Below are positions 1 through 10,141 of a stretch of DNA of 64,000 nucleotides, piece after piece. Positions within the stretch are counted from its first letter, which is position 1. Each line of letters opens with the position of its first letter. The position numbers were made by a program, and so were the translations under genes. Where the stretch lies: the NCBI GenBank assembly GCA_963697895.1, contig OY969100.1, positions 1,536,001 through 1,600,000 on the forward strand, read 5' to 3'. Under the pieces are notes generated by a model. That model had not been told where the DNA came from and ran no database searches. It saw only the letters and a list, made by a program, of their open reading frames with translations. Source of the DNA: an uncultured Methanomicrobiales archaeon (GTDB lineage Archaea; Halobacteriota; Methanomicrobia; Methanomicrobiales; Methanospirillaceae).

Positions 1-151
1 CATCGATAATTTTTCCCGTCTCTATCCGTATACCCGGATGATCGCGCGAGCGTGCCGTGACCGGAAGGCGATTGAGCAGCTCATGAACTGCCAGTCCTAT
101 CGGGGTGATGTCGGCTGCGGTTGATCCGGCAGATATTATATAGCGATGCAT
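1..151 (-). CDS. DUF2111-family protein, 5' part (runs off the window)
   Basis: Manual translation MHRYIISAGSTAADITPIGLAVHELLNRLPVTARSRDHPGIRIETGKIID; GAGG SD upstream; resembles methanogen DUF2111. Confidence 0.7.
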   Translation of the reverse strand, partial: MHRYIISAGSTAADITPIGLAVHELLNRLPVTARSRDHPGIRIETGKIID

Positions 152-182
152 CGGATATACCTCATAAATCCCTCGTTTTTAT

Positions 183-755
183 CTAAAATAAGGTTTCCCT
201 CGCGCATCCACAGAACTCCTGTATAAATCGCCGTGATGGATATTCATGAATTGCTGTGACAAGGATATGCCCCATTCCGAGATCTTTCTTAATCGTAACA
301 GGATTCCCCTCTGATGTTGCGAGCGTGATACCTTCATGGAAAGGAAAATATCCATCGCAGAACATTGCCTCAGAATCATAGTCGGTGATAAGAGAGACAA
401 ACTCCGGGTCCTCCATCAATATTCTGCATGTGCTGTTTGTATGGAAATATTCGACCGTAAACGGGAGCCAGTCATAGAGGCCCGGTCTGCTATCTCCGGC
501 GCTATAAACCAGGAGGTTGCCACCCCCCTCAACGAATCTCCGTATCCTCGCTGAAGATGCACGGAGTGCCGGAAGGAGTCGTGAAAAGGCCGGGTTGCCG
601 AAACCGGCCGGGATAATCAGTCCGGATAGGGCAACCCGAAAGAACGGAGCAGCCAGCATCTGGGGGGTGATCTGCTCGCAAGCCACACCACAGTCCTCGA
701 TAAAGCGTCGGAAGACCTGCGGGGAGTCCCATACCAGACCGCACCGAGCGGTCAC
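183..755 (-). CDS. Conserved hypothetical protein, possibly class I GATase-like fold
   Basis: 190 aa; GLIIPAGFG and RRFVEGGGNLLV segments; start overlaps the rtcB stop. Confidence 0.65.
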   Translation of the reverse strand: MTARCGLVWDSPQVFRRFIEDCGVACEQITPQMLAAPFFRVALSGLIIPAGFGNPAFSRLLPALRASSARIRRFVEGGGNLLVYSAGDSRPGLYDWLPFTVEYFHTNSTCRILMEDPEFVSLITDYDSEAMFCDGYFPFHEGITLATSEGNPVTIKKDLGMGHILVTAIHEYPSRRFIQEFCGCARETLF

Positions 756-2197
756 CCTTTTATCACTCCGAGCGGTTCGAGCCGGGCAACAAGCCGGGAT
801 ATTCCGATCTCATGCACAACCCTCACCACTTCACCACTCGGCTTGTACACCTCTGGTGCCTCATCCGCAATGGACGCATCGTGAGGGGCCATTACAATGA
901 TACCTTCCTTCTCGAGCATGCTTCGAACTTTCTGACCGATGATATGCTTCTTCGCCTGTGACCGGCTCATCACTCGGCCGGCACCATGACAGGTGCTCCC
1001 GAAGGTCCGCTGCATTGCGATGGGCGTACCTTTCAGGAGATATGAGGGGGTTCCCATGCTGCCGGGAATGATGACGGGCTGTCCGATATCTGCATATTCG
1101 GCCGGTATTCCCGGAGTACCCGGACCAAACGCACGGGTTGCACCCTTCCGGTGTACACAGAGGGGAATAGACTTCCCGTCGACCATATGTTCTTCCAATT
1201 TTGCAACATTATGAGCAACATCATATATCAGGTGCATCTCCTCATAGGGAATTTTATAAAATGCGGATACGACCTTCCGTGTCTCGTGCATAATCATCTG
1301 GCGGTTTGCCCATGCATAGTTCGCAGAGGCAGCCATGGCGCCGTAATATGCTTTCCCTTCCGGTGAAGTGACAGGGGCGCAGGCGAGCTGACGGTCCGGT
1401 ACTGAGATCTGATATTTCTTCGTCGCGGTTTCAAGGATTTTAAGATGGTCCGTACAGACCTGATGGCCCAGACCCCGGGACCCGCAATGGATCATAATGC
1501 ATACCTGCCCCTGCTTGATACCATATACGCGGGCTGCCTGTTCGTCATAGATCTCCTTTACCGTCTGCAATTCGAGGAAATGGTTGCCTGCCCCGAGAGT
1601 GCCTGCCTGGGGCATCCCCCTCTGACGTGCCTTTGAAGACACCGCTCCGGGATCGGCCAGGTCCATCGATCCTTTCTCCTCACAATGTAAAATATCCTCC
1701 TCCATGCCGAATCCCGAGGCGACCGCCCATTTAACCCCCTTTTTCATCATGGAAACGAGTTCCCGGTCAGACAGCCGGAGTGAACTTCTTGCCCCGACCC
1801 CGGTTGGTATTGCCCGGTAGAATTGTTCGATGAGTTCACGCTTCTTTTTGAGATCGCTCACTTCCAGCGGGGTCGAGAGGAGCCTGACACCGCAATTTAT
1901 GTCAAAACCGACCCCGCCGGGGGATATGACTCCGGTTTCAATATGAAAAGCCGCAACGCCGCCGATGGGAAACCCATATCCCCAGTGGATATCCGGCATG
2001 GCAAGAGCGTTGCTAACGATTCCCGGCATCGTCGCGACATTGGCCAGCTGCTGCACGGCACCTGCTTCAAGTGTCGCGGACAATGCGTCTGAGAGGAAAA
2101 AGCGTCCCGGTACTCGCATCTGCGGGATAAATCCAACCGGTACTTCCCATTCATACTCACCGATCCTCTTTACACCAGGAATCATGGTATCATTCAT
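752..2197 (-). CDS. rtcB: RNA-splicing/repair ligase RtcB
   Basis: MPDIHWGYGFPIGG, GFDINCG, GTLGAGNHFLE, HRKGAT, STCHGAGR, C-terminal VIKG. Confidence 0.97.
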   Translation of the reverse strand: MNDTMIPGVKRIGEYEWEVPVGFIPQMRVPGRFFLSDALSATLEAGAVQQLANVATMPGIVSNALAMPDIHWGYGFPIGGVAAFHIETGVISPGGVGFDINCGVRLLSTPLEVSDLKKKRELIEQFYRAIPTGVGARSSLRLSDRELVSMMKKGVKWAVASGFGMEEDILHCEEKGSMDLADPGAVSSKARQRGMPQAGTLGAGNHFLELQTVKEIYDEQAARVYGIKQGQVCIMIHCGSRGLGHQVCTDHLKILETATKKYQISVPDRQLACAPVTSPEGKAYYGAMAASANYAWANRQMIMHETRKVVSAFYKIPYEEMHLIYDVAHNVAKLEEHMVDGKSIPLCVHRKGATRAFGPGTPGIPAEYADIGQPVIIPGSMGTPSYLLKGTPIAMQRTFGSTCHGAGRVMSRSQAKKHIIGQKVRSMLEKEGIIVMAPHDASIADEAPEVYKPSGEVVRVVHEIGISRLVARLEPLGVIKG

Positions 2198-2601
2198 ACA
2201 TCAAAGATTAGTTCCACTATATAACCTGCGCCTTCTTGAATGATGCGAAGCCCTGAATATGAGATCCCTTTGACCTCTGTCCCACCCGTGTGCCGGGCAG
2301 GGTCGAAGGGTTCACCGGTTAGATATGCATGCAGGGTCAGGTTTGTAATATGAACGGTTACAGAAGAGAACACCAGGTTATGAACCTCCGACAGGAACAG
2401 TATTTCAGAGAGGAATTCCTGCATCAGGTTCTCAATGTCAGCTGATTGAACGGTGATCTCCTTTCGTTCCTTCCCTTCCCGGATGTCATCCCCGTACATG
2501 ACATTCATGAGGGTATGGGCAGTTTCGGCAAAAAGTCCATCAAGAGAGGCCGCTTTAACCCGGACCTTTACATCAGCCGTATGTTCGAGCTCTTCATACA
2601 T
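2194..2601 (-). CDS. Archease (RtcB activator)
   Basis: YEELEHTAD, EVKGISY, C-terminal FDV; overlaps the rtcB start. Confidence 0.95.
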   Translation of the reverse strand: MYEELEHTADVKVRVKAASLDGLFAETAHTLMNVMYGDDIREGKERKEITVQSADIENLMQEFLSEILFLSEVHNLVFSSVTVHITNLTLHAYLTGEPFDPARHTGGTEVKGISYSGLRIIQEGAGYIVELIFDV

Positions 2602-2617
2602 CTTTGCTTAACTGGTT

Positions 2618-2899
2618 TTATTCCTCATAGTCATAAAAAAGCGGGATCATCCCGCGATGAATCCCCTGAATATAGGGTGCCTGGTGCATCGAAACGAATA
2701 TAGAATGCTCTCCTGCTTTCACCGGTATATCAGTCTTTTTGGGGGGCTTCATGGATACAGGAAGCAGGATAGGACCTCCACAGGATGTACATATGCGGAA
2801 ATCACACCCTCGTACTGCGATATACTCTACGACTTCATCGGTTATGGTGATGTCGGAGACAGATAGTCGTTTCTCTCGATGGGTATGCATGATGCTCAC
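2618..2899 (-). CDS. Small conserved CxxC protein
   Basis: FRICTSCGGPILLP motif; co-oriented with archease-rtcB. Confidence 0.7.
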   Translation of the reverse strand: MSIMHTHREKRLSVSDITITDEVVEYIAVRGCDFRICTSCGGPILLPVSMKPPKKTDIPVKAGEHSIFVSMHQAPYIQGIHRGMIPLFYDYEE

Positions 2900-2941
2900 A
2901 CGATAGGACGGCGCTTCCCAAAAATGCTCCGGTCCTGCTGT

Positions 2942-3256
2942 TCAGCAGGTCCGGACTATACGGGTGACAATGTCCATGTAGCGTTCTTTGAGCTGATAAA
3001 CCGTGCAGGTATTCTCCTTGTTTCTGCTGACGTGGAGAATGCCGATTCGTGATGCGATGATCCCGACCATCGCCGCGACGGAATGGTAGCTGATAGTGAA
3101 TCGTCTATTCAGAACTGAAAAGATCTCTGCAATGGTAAGGGATTTGATCTTGAGAAAGAGCTTGAGCATTTCACGCCTGATACCGGTTGTATCCCGGGAG
3201 AGATAGGTCTTCAGGCGGGTCTCGATGAGACTTTTGATCTCTGCCGGAGATCTCAT
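2942..3256 (-). CDS. DUF2551 family winged-helix-like protein
   Basis: RLKTYLSRDTTGIRR and SVAAMVGIIASRIGIL patterns. Confidence 0.75.
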   Translation of the reverse strand: MRSPAEIKSLIETRLKTYLSRDTTGIRREMLKLFLKIKSLTIAEIFSVLNRRFTISYHSVAAMVGIIASRIGILHVSRNKENTCTVYQLKERYMDIVTRIVRTC

Positions 3257-3471
3257 ACTGGATACTCACCCATCTTTTATATAATTCTTTTGTTTTATCC
3301 TTCTTAAAAACCGATAAAATACTCCCATGCACATGCAAACTGCAATTCTCAGAATACGGACGCCTGCGGCGGTACAGATCGCACGGTATGCATCCTCCCT
3401 GGGATAACTTCCAATTTAACTGAACCTATGAGCAGATACAGAACCATTTAATTCCTGACCATCAAACCTCT

Positions 3472-4332
3472 ATGGTTATGGGATTTATCAGCTACGATGT
3501 GAACAGGTACACTCCAAAGCAGATGATGATCATCCCGCTGATTCTCCTCGTACTCGCACTTATCTATGTCGGGTTTACTACCGCTACAACGGGCCTGCCG
3601 GTAGCACCGGGAATAGATTTTTCAGGCGGTACGGCGGTGACTCTCTTCACCACTGACAGCCCGGATCAGATCACGGCCTATTTTGCAGGCTATCCACTGA
3701 TTGGGATTAGTGAAGGAATTAATAACGGGAAATATCTGAAATTCGGACCGATGGACGATTCTACACTATCAAGCCTTGCATCTCAAATCGATGAACGGTA
3801 TCCGGATGCAAAAGTAGACCAGATTGGGGCCACGTTCGGGGCTACTCTTCAGCAACAGGCAACGATTGCCCTGATCTTCTCATTCATCGGGATGGCAATT
3901 GTTATATTCCTCGCATTCCGGACTTTTGTGCCATCCGGGGCTGTTGTACTCTCCGCTTTTGCGGATATAGTAATGACCGCCGCCGTTATGAATATCATAG
4001 GAATCCCGTTGACCCTGCCCACCACGGCGGCTCTTCTCATGCTCATCGGATATTCCGTGGATAGTGACATACTTCTCACCATGAGGGTGCTGAAGCGTCA
4101 GGGGAAACTCGATGAAAAACTTGCTGGCGCGTTCAGGACAGGGATCATAATGACGAGCACGACGATCGCCGCGGCAGCCGCAATGTTTGTCGTGGCATAT
4201 CTTGCACAAATAACAGTATTTGCCGAGATATCCGCGGTGCTGCTCATCGGTCTGTTTTTTGATATCATGAATACCTGGCTGACGAATGCCGGGATCATCA
4301 AGTGGTACGCAATTAAAAAGGGGATCCGATGA
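3472..4332 (+). CDS. secF: Protein translocase subunit SecF
   Basis: GIDFSGGT, LMLIGYSVDSDILLT; multiple TM segments. Confidence 0.95.
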   Translation: MVMGFISYDVNRYTPKQMMIIPLILLVLALIYVGFTTATTGLPVAPGIDFSGGTAVTLFTTDSPDQITAYFAGYPLIGISEGINNGKYLKFGPMDDSTLSSLASQIDERYPDAKVDQIGATFGATLQQQATIALIFSFIGMAIVIFLAFRTFVPSGAVVLSAFADIVMTAAVMNIIGIPLTLPTTAALLMLIGYSVDSDILLTMRVLKRQGKLDEKLAGAFRTGIIMTSTTIAAAAAMFVVAYLAQITVFAEISAVLLIGLFFDIMNTWLTNAGIIKWYAIKKGIR

Positions 4333-4495
4333 AGAAAAAGCAGGCAAGCAATAAAGGCGAGGATCCGGTTAAGGAAGAGCAGGCAAGCAATAAAGGCGAG
4401 GATCAGTCAAAGAAAGAGAAGATAAGCAAAGGTGGGGATCAGTCAAAGAAAGAACAGGCAGCCAATAAAGGAGGGACTCCGATGAAGAAAGAACG
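4315..4495 (+). repeat. Degenerate ~36-39 bp tandem repeat (about 4 units) at the secD 5' end
   Basis: aggcaagcaataaaggcgaggatc at 4342 and 4381; ggatcagtcaaagaaaga twice; protein units KKKQASNKGEDPV / KEEQASNKGEDQS / KKEKISKGGDQS / KKEQAANKGGTPM. Confidence 0.9.
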
Positions 4496-5936
4496 GATCG
4501 TCTCACTCCTGAAAGACTGGCGCATAGCTTTGCTGATCATACTGCTTGTCTTCTCCCTTGTTTCAATCTACCCGCACATAGAGAACGGGAATCTGACAAC
4601 GAATCTGAAATACGGGCTCGATCTGCAGACAGGTACCTGGCTTCAGATGGAGTTCAAAGCCGAGGTGGTGGGGTTCCAGACCGATCGTCCGGTGAATGAC
4701 TTCATTGCGGACCTGAAACAACATCTGGATGCGGACATCGAGCTCGTGAATGATAATCATCTTGAGATCCGTGCTCCCTATACCCAGGCGGAGCTTGAAC
4801 CGATATTCACCGCTGCAGGGGGAAAACTTACTTCCTACGAGCCGGGGGTCTCAAAGGATACGGCCGATATGGTCAAGCGAATTCTGGAGAACAAGATCAA
4901 CAGCCTCGGGACGCAATCTGCGACTATTAATCCTCTCACGGGATTGAACGGAGTCAGCCACTATATCCGAGTAGAGCTCTCGGGGGTAAGTCTTGCCCAG
5001 GCAAAGGATATCGTGGGAAAACAAGGGAAGTTCGAGATCAGGATTCAGACGGCCCCCAACCAGACTGAACATGTGCTCTATGGAGATTCCATTACCACGG
5101 TAAATATTCCGAGCCAGAACCCCCCGGGGAGCGGGAAGTGGGGGGTTTCATTCACGCTGAATCAGGATGGAGCAGATGCCTTCCGTCAGGCGGCAATCAG
5201 CTCCGGCGCGGTAAACAATCCGGAGGAACATCATCTGCAGATGATTCTCGACAATCAGGTCGTCTACGATGCACCCCTCTCCCCGGATCTGGCGAATGAA
5301 CTCCAGACAAAGCCGGTTACCCAGCTCTATGCCTCGACAGGTGCTGGTTCGTCCGGGCTGCAGGAGGCGAGCAATCTTGAGATTCACCTTCGTGCCGGTG
5401 CACTGCCCGTCGATGTGAGCGTGGCTGGTGCCGGTTATACTCCGGCATCAATGGGCGACTATTTCAAGACGATGGCCTTTGTCACGTTCCTCGTTGCGAT
5501 ACTGGCAGTTGGAGTGGTTATTTATTATCGGTATCGTGAACCTGCGATCGTGTTACCGATGATGGGGACAAACCTTGCCGAGGTCATTATCCTGATAGGA
5601 ATCGCCAGCTGGATCGTTCAGTTCGATCTGGCTACCCTCGCAGGTATCATTGCAGTTCTTGGAACGGGAATCGACCAGCTGGTCGTAATCACCGATGAAA
5701 TCCTTCATGAAGGAAAAGTTCCATCGAAGGGCCTCTATATGAAACGCTATCAGCGTGCAATCGGCATCATCGTGGTGGCAGCGGCAACTGTAATTATAGC
5801 AATGCTCCCACTCGCACTCATGGATCTTGGCACGCTCCGTGGTTTCGCTATCGTCACCATACTTGGTGTTCTGATCGGGGTCATTGTAACCCGCCCGGCA
5901 TACGGGAGAATCATCATGGAGATTCTCTCCAAATAA
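4329..5936 (+). CDS. secD: Protein translocase subunit SecD (alternative start at 4482)
   Basis: LKYGLDLQTG, LRAGALP, GTGIDQLVVITDE, LRGFA. Confidence 0.95.
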   Translation: MKKKQASNKGEDPVKEEQASNKGEDQSKKEKISKGGDQSKKEQAANKGGTPMKKERIVSLLKDWRIALLIILLVFSLVSIYPHIENGNLTTNLKYGLDLQTGTWLQMEFKAEVVGFQTDRPVNDFIADLKQHLDADIELVNDNHLEIRAPYTQAELEPIFTAAGGKLTSYEPGVSKDTADMVKRILENKINSLGTQSATINPLTGLNGVSHYIRVELSGVSLAQAKDIVGKQGKFEIRIQTAPNQTEHVLYGDSITTVNIPSQNPPGSGKWGVSFTLNQDGADAFRQAAISSGAVNNPEEHHLQMILDNQVVYDAPLSPDLANELQTKPVTQLYASTGAGSSGLQEASNLEIHLRAGALPVDVSVAGAGYTPASMGDYFKTMAFVTFLVAILAVGVVIYYRYREPAIVLPMMGTNLAEVIILIGIASWIVQFDLATLAGIIAVLGTGIDQLVVITDEILHEGKVPSKGLYMKRYQRAIGIIVVAAATVIIAMLPLALMDLGTLRGFAIVTILGVLIGVIVTRPAYGRIIMEILSK

Positions 5937-5982
5937 CCGGATAACAACTTTTATCTCTTTTTTTAACGACACATTCTCTGGG

Positions 5983-6261
5983 ATGTTCATGAGCAGACCG
6001 GTTTTAATGGATTTTTACGCCGATTGGTGCGGGCCATGTAAGAGGCAGGGGCCCATCCTCGAAGAACTGAAGAAGAAAATGGGTGAAGCGGTCGAGATCA
6101 GAAAGATCGATGTGGATAAGCATATGGATGAAGCAAATAAATACGGAATCAGGGTCGTTCCGACGCTCATTATCGAAAAAGAGGGTAAAGTGATCAGAAC
6201 CCTTGAAGGGGTGACAAGCACTGAAGCACTCGAAAATCTCTTAAAACCGCTGGTGGATTGA
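5983..6261 (+). CDS. trxA: Thioredoxin
   Basis: DFYADWCGPCK active site; VPT cis-Pro motif. Confidence 0.95.
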   Translation: MFMSRPVLMDFYADWCGPCKRQGPILEELKKKMGEAVEIRKIDVDKHMDEANKYGIRVVPTLIIEKEGKVIRTLEGVTSTEALENLLKPLVD

Positions 6262-6262
6262 C

Positions 6263-6913
6263 GTGAAGATTGGTATTGTGGGTGGAACGGGTGAGATTGG
6301 CGAGGGTATTGCAATGCGCCTTTCATCTATCCATGAGGTGATTATCGGGTCACGGGAGCACGAGAAAGCGGAGATATCGAGCCAGTGCTGTTATGATGAG
6401 GTCACGAAGCGTGGCCTGCCCTGTCACACCATTGGAGAGGAGAACCAGGCAGCAATAGATGCTTCCGAGATTGTCATCCTGGCGATCCCCTACAAAAATC
6501 TCGATCTGACCCTGCCCGGTCTGCATGGATTTGAAGGGAAACTGGTGATATCTCCCATTAATCCGATGGAGAAACGGGAATATTTCGTTTATACTCCACC
6601 ACCGGAAGGATCTGCGGCTCTTCGTGTACAGAATATGCTTCCCGAAAGTACATCCGTATGCGCTGCATTTAACACGATAGCCGCAAATCGTTGGAGGGCT
6701 CTCGATGAAATTCTCGAGTATTCTGTGCCGGTCTGCGGGGATAACGATACCGCGAAACTCCGTGTCATGGAACTCGTAAACAGTATTTCAATGCTCCACG
6801 CGTACAATGCGGGACCACTCGCCGCATCCAACATGGTTGAGAGCCTTACTCCGCTGCTGCTGAACATCGCTCGGTATAACAAGATGAGGGATGTCGGTAT
6901 CCAGTTCAGATAA
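6263..6913 (+). CDS. npdG: F420-dependent NADP oxidoreductase
   Basis: KIGIVGGTGEIGEG, IGSR, EGSAA, VESLTPLLLN. Confidence 0.9.
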   Translation: MKIGIVGGTGEIGEGIAMRLSSIHEVIIGSREHEKAEISSQCCYDEVTKRGLPCHTIGEENQAAIDASEIVILAIPYKNLDLTLPGLHGFEGKLVISPINPMEKREYFVYTPPPEGSAALRVQNMLPESTSVCAAFNTIAANRWRALDEILEYSVPVCGDNDTAKLRVMELVNSISMLHAYNAGPLAASNMVESLTPLLLNIARYNKMRDVGIQFR

Positions 6914-7526
6914 GATAAAGGAGATCGTCACCCATCTCAATCGGCGATACGGAACTATCGAATGGTGGAGCAGGAACCCCGATGAAGTGATGATCGGGGC
7001 GATTCTTACCCAGCAGACCCGGTGGGAAACTGTCGAAAAGGCGATGGTGGTTCTGAAAAGATCAGGGCTCTGCAGTATCGGAGCAGTGCATAACGCACTC
7101 CCCAGGCAGATTGAGGACTGTATCAGGTGCACCGGATTTTACCGGGTGAAGCGGCAGCGACTGAAGAACCTCGCGGCTCACATCGTATCCGTGTACGGGG
7201 ATTCAGAAATGATGCATACACGGCCGACCGGTGAACTTCGTGAATCACTCCTCTCGGTGAACGGCATCGGTGAAGAGACTGCAGATAGTATCCTGTGCTA
7301 TGGATTTGGCCGGACCAGTTTTGTAGTTGATGCCTATACTGTGCAGATCTCTGGATGCGCAGGTATCAACCTGAATAAAAAATGCCTGAAGAGACTCTTC
7401 GAAAAGGCACTTACGAACAATAACGGGACATACCGGCAGGCCCATGCCCACATTGTTGAATTCGCGAAGGGATATTGTTTGAAGAGGAAGTGCGGAGATT
7501 GTGTGATTCGGACTTTAAACGGATAG
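6891..7526 (+). CDS. HhH-GPD / endonuclease III-related protein
   Basis: GAILTQQTRW, LLSVNGIGEETADSIL, VVDAYT; C-terminal Cys cluster. Confidence 0.88.
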   Translation: MSVSSSDKIKEIVTHLNRRYGTIEWWSRNPDEVMIGAILTQQTRWETVEKAMVVLKRSGLCSIGAVHNALPRQIEDCIRCTGFYRVKRQRLKNLAAHIVSVYGDSEMMHTRPTGELRESLLSVNGIGEETADSILCYGFGRTSFVVDAYTVQISGCAGINLNKKCLKRLFEKALTNNNGTYRQAHAHIVEFAKGYCLKRKCGDCVIRTLNG

Positions 7527-8047
7527 GAAAAAGGCTCTTTGTTGAGGGACTGGTCGGTGGAAATTTGGGTAATATGAGTGTACGGGCCGATGGGGGCTTC
7601 TTCATTACGCACACAGGATGTTACCTTGACGAACCTGGCCACCCGATCTTCGTCCCGCAGGAAGGATTGGTTCCTCCCGACGCATCGAGAGAATACCGTG
7701 TCCACAGGGAAGTATACCGGAATACAAGGCATCTGGCAATCGTTCATGCTCATCCGGTGCATGCGGTTGCGGCATCCCTTGTTTATGACGAGATCATACC
7801 AAATGATACTGGAGGTGAACTCCTTTGTCCCGTGATACCGGTCGTAAAAGGACAACCGGGTTCTGATGAAATCGCTCGTACGGTTTCTGAGACACTCTGT
7901 ATCTCGCGGCTTGTGCTCGTCCACGGACATGGCACCTTTGCCGCAGGAAAAAGCCTTGACGAGGCGTATATCCTGACCTCGCTTGCAGAACAATCCTGCC
8001 AGATTTTATGGCTGGCTGATTCCCTCCGGCTGCAACGCTCCGGTTAA
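7475..8047 (+). CDS. Class II aldolase/adducin family protein
   Basis: GNMSVR, ASREYRVH, IVHAHP, GHGTFA. Confidence 0.9.
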   Translation: MFEEEVRRLCDSDFKRIGKRLFVEGLVGGNLGNMSVRADGGFFITHTGCYLDEPGHPIFVPQEGLVPPDASREYRVHREVYRNTRHLAIVHAHPVHAVAASLVYDEIIPNDTGGELLCPVIPVVKGQPGSDEIARTVSETLCISRLVLVHGHGTFAAGKSLDEAYILTSLAEQSCQILWLADSLRLQRSG

Positions 8048-8123
8048 CCGACCCAAAAAAACAGGCACACTAATAAGAGCGATGAGGAATAACCAGAGAA
8101 TAATTACGAGAAGGGAACAACCC

Positions 8124-8438
8124 ATGGGAGAATTGGAAGAAAAGATCAGTCGGCTACCCCCTCATCTGCAACAGGAAGTCGAGGACTTCGTGGATTACCT
8201 TTCGAAGAGAACCGAGGGGGTGTCGCCAGTCGCGAGTGGAGAAAGTTTACTCGCCCCTTTGGCGGAGCCGACCGTTGTAAATGTCTTTCCTCCGGATGAG
8301 GCCGGTGGCCAGCAGGAAAAATCGGTTTCAAAGCGCCACTCATTCGGAGATGTGATTACAGCTGCCGAATCAGATGATTCTTTTTCACAAAAGACCGGTC
8401 GGCCTCACCCCAGCAAACTTCTCGACTGGATAGAGTAA
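8124..8438 (+). CDS. DUF2281-domain protein
   Basis: LEEKISRLPPHLQQEVEDFVDYL N-terminus. Confidence 0.7.
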   Translation: MGELEEKISRLPPHLQQEVEDFVDYLSKRTEGVSPVASGESLLAPLAEPTVVNVFPPDEAGGQQEKSVSKRHSFGDVITAAESDDSFSQKTGRPHPSKLLDWIE

Positions 8439-8493
8439 ATATAAGAGACCTTCCCTGGGCTTTCCATGGCCTTAAAAGCCACGGGAATAACAA

Positions 8494-8565
8494 TGGACTC
8501 GACGGGATTTGAACCCGTGGCCTTCACGTTGCAAACGTGACGATCTACCCCTGATCTACGAGCCC
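8494..8565 (-). tRNA. tRNA-Ala(UGC)
   Basis: GGGCTCG...TCACG-TT-TGC-AA-CGTGA...GGTTCAAATCC...CGAGTCCA cloverleaf. Confidence 0.97.
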
Positions 8566-8686
8566 TCAGAACCCTCCGCGTTCTTATAATTTTTCTTTCC
8601 AAAACATATATCTCTTCCTGATCTGCGAAGGAACATATCGTTTTCATCAGGTATCCGCGGAAAAAGAGTTTAAGTTTTCCTGTTGA

Positions 8687-8758
8687 TGGACTTGGCGGGA
8701 TTCGAACCCGCGGCCTTTACGTTGCGAACGTAACGATCTACCCCTGATCTACAAGCCC
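8687..8758 (-). tRNA. tRNA-Ala(CGC)
   Basis: GGGCTTG...TTACG-TT-CGC-AA-CGTAA...GGTTCGAATCC...CAAGTCCA cloverleaf. Confidence 0.97.
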
Positions 8759-8771
8759 GGACAAAAAGAGA

Positions 8772-9782
8772 TCAGAGAATGATCTCAATATCTAATTTTT
8801 CGGCCAATTCCTTATATCTGTTCCTGATAGTGACCTCGGTCACCCCTGCTACTTCTGCCACTTCCCGCTGGGTACGCCGCTCACCTCCGAGGATCGATGA
8901 AATATAGATGGCGGCTGCCGCGACTCCGGTCGGGCCTCTCCCGCTCGTAAGTTCTCGTTCTCCTGCCTGACGGAGGATCTCCACAGCTCTGCTCTGCACC
9001 TCTCCTTTCAGGTTCAGCCCCGAACAGAACCGTGGGACATAATCGATCGGGGATGTGGGAAGCAGCTTCAGTCCGAGCTCACGGGATATGAAGCGGTATG
9101 TTCTTCCTATTTCCTTCCGTGACACCCGAGAAACCTCGGCGATTTCATCGAGTGTTCGTGGAACACTGCACTGCCTGCATGCGGCATAGAGTGCGGCTGC
9201 TGCAACGCCCTCTATACTTCTGCCGCGGATCAGGTTCTTGTCAACGGCATCCCGGTACACGACTGCTGCAGTCTCCCGGACATTTCGGGGCAGTCCCAAT
9301 GCAGATGCCATACGGTCCAATTCGCTCAGCGCAAACGCAAGATTTCGTTCTGTCGCATTGCTTACCCGGATACGACGTTGCCACTTCCGGAGCCGGTATA
9401 GCTGAGCGCGGTTCTTACTGGATATAGCCCGCCCATAGGAGTCACGGTTCCTCCAGTCGATCATTGTCGAAAGACCCTTATCATGAATAGTGAACGTCAT
9501 CGGCGCACCGACCCGTGACCGCTTCATCCGCTGATCATGATCAAATGCCCGCCACTCCGGACCGCGATCGATGAAATCCTCATCGATAACCAGTCCGCAC
9601 GCCTGGCATACCAGTTCTGCCCGCTCATAATCGTGAACGAGCTGCCGGCTGCCACATTCCGGACACACGGTTTCTGTATGATTTTCAGCCTTTTTCTCGT
9701 GTTCCTTCACCCGCTCCTTGAGCCGGGCTTTCAAGGCTTCCCTTTCGTTCTGAAGGACTTTTAACTTTTCAACTTCCTGCAT
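8772..9782 (-). CDS. tfb: Transcription initiation factor IIB
   Basis: CPECG...CQACG zinc ribbon, GPEWRAF B-reader, cyclin repeats, [10 protein letters not shown]. Confidence 0.98.
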   Translation of the reverse strand: MQEVEKLKVLQNEREALKARLKERVKEHEKKAENHTETVCPECGSRQLVHDYERAELVCQACGLVIDEDFIDRGPEWRAFDHDQRMKRSRVGAPMTFTIHDKGLSTMIDWRNRDSYGRAISSKNRAQLYRLRKWQRRIRVSNATERNLAFALSELDRMASALGLPRNVRETAAVVYRDAVDKNLIRGRSIEGVAAAALYAACRQCSVPRTLDEIAEVSRVSRKEIGRTYRFISRELGLKLLPTSPIDYVPRFCSGLNLKGEVQSRAVEILRQAGERELTSGRGPTGVAAAAIYISSILGGERRTQREVAEVAGVTEVTIRNRYKELAEKLDIEIIL

Positions 9783-9801
9783 GGTAGATTCTCCTTTACC
9801 T

Positions 9802-10026
9802 CTATTTCACAAACACGTTCTCTCCGATCTCTGTATCACACCGGTTCCGGCACTGGATTGCGGCATACGGCATGGAAACATTTCCAAATACATCCACAAT
9901 CCTTCCCACAGGCTTCATCCGCCGGTCAACCACCTCGCTATACAAACGGGGGAGGTTGGCAGCATCGCACGAAACGATCAACGTGCGACTGCCGTATCTA
10001 CGCATCACACGACCGACAGACCGCAA
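9802..10026 (-). CDS. gar1: Gar1/Naf1 family H/ACA RNP protein
   Basis: [15 protein letters not shown]; typical position upstream of tfb. Confidence 0.85.
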   Translation of the reverse strand: MRSVGRVMRRYGSRTLIVSCDAANLPRLYSEVVDRRMKPVGRIVDVFGNVSMPYAAIQCRNRCDTEIGENVFVK

Positions 10027-10141
10027 GAAATAACCTCAGGGGGGATTGACGCAGTTGGAGACCTGCAGCTGGAATGATTTAGTAATCTATATATATAGTA
10101 TTAATCACTATTTAAACTTTTTGTGAAATTATAAATAAAAT

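Noticed and set aside
8405-8647. 80-aa ORF
   Set aside because: Overlies the tRNA-Ala(UGC) gene
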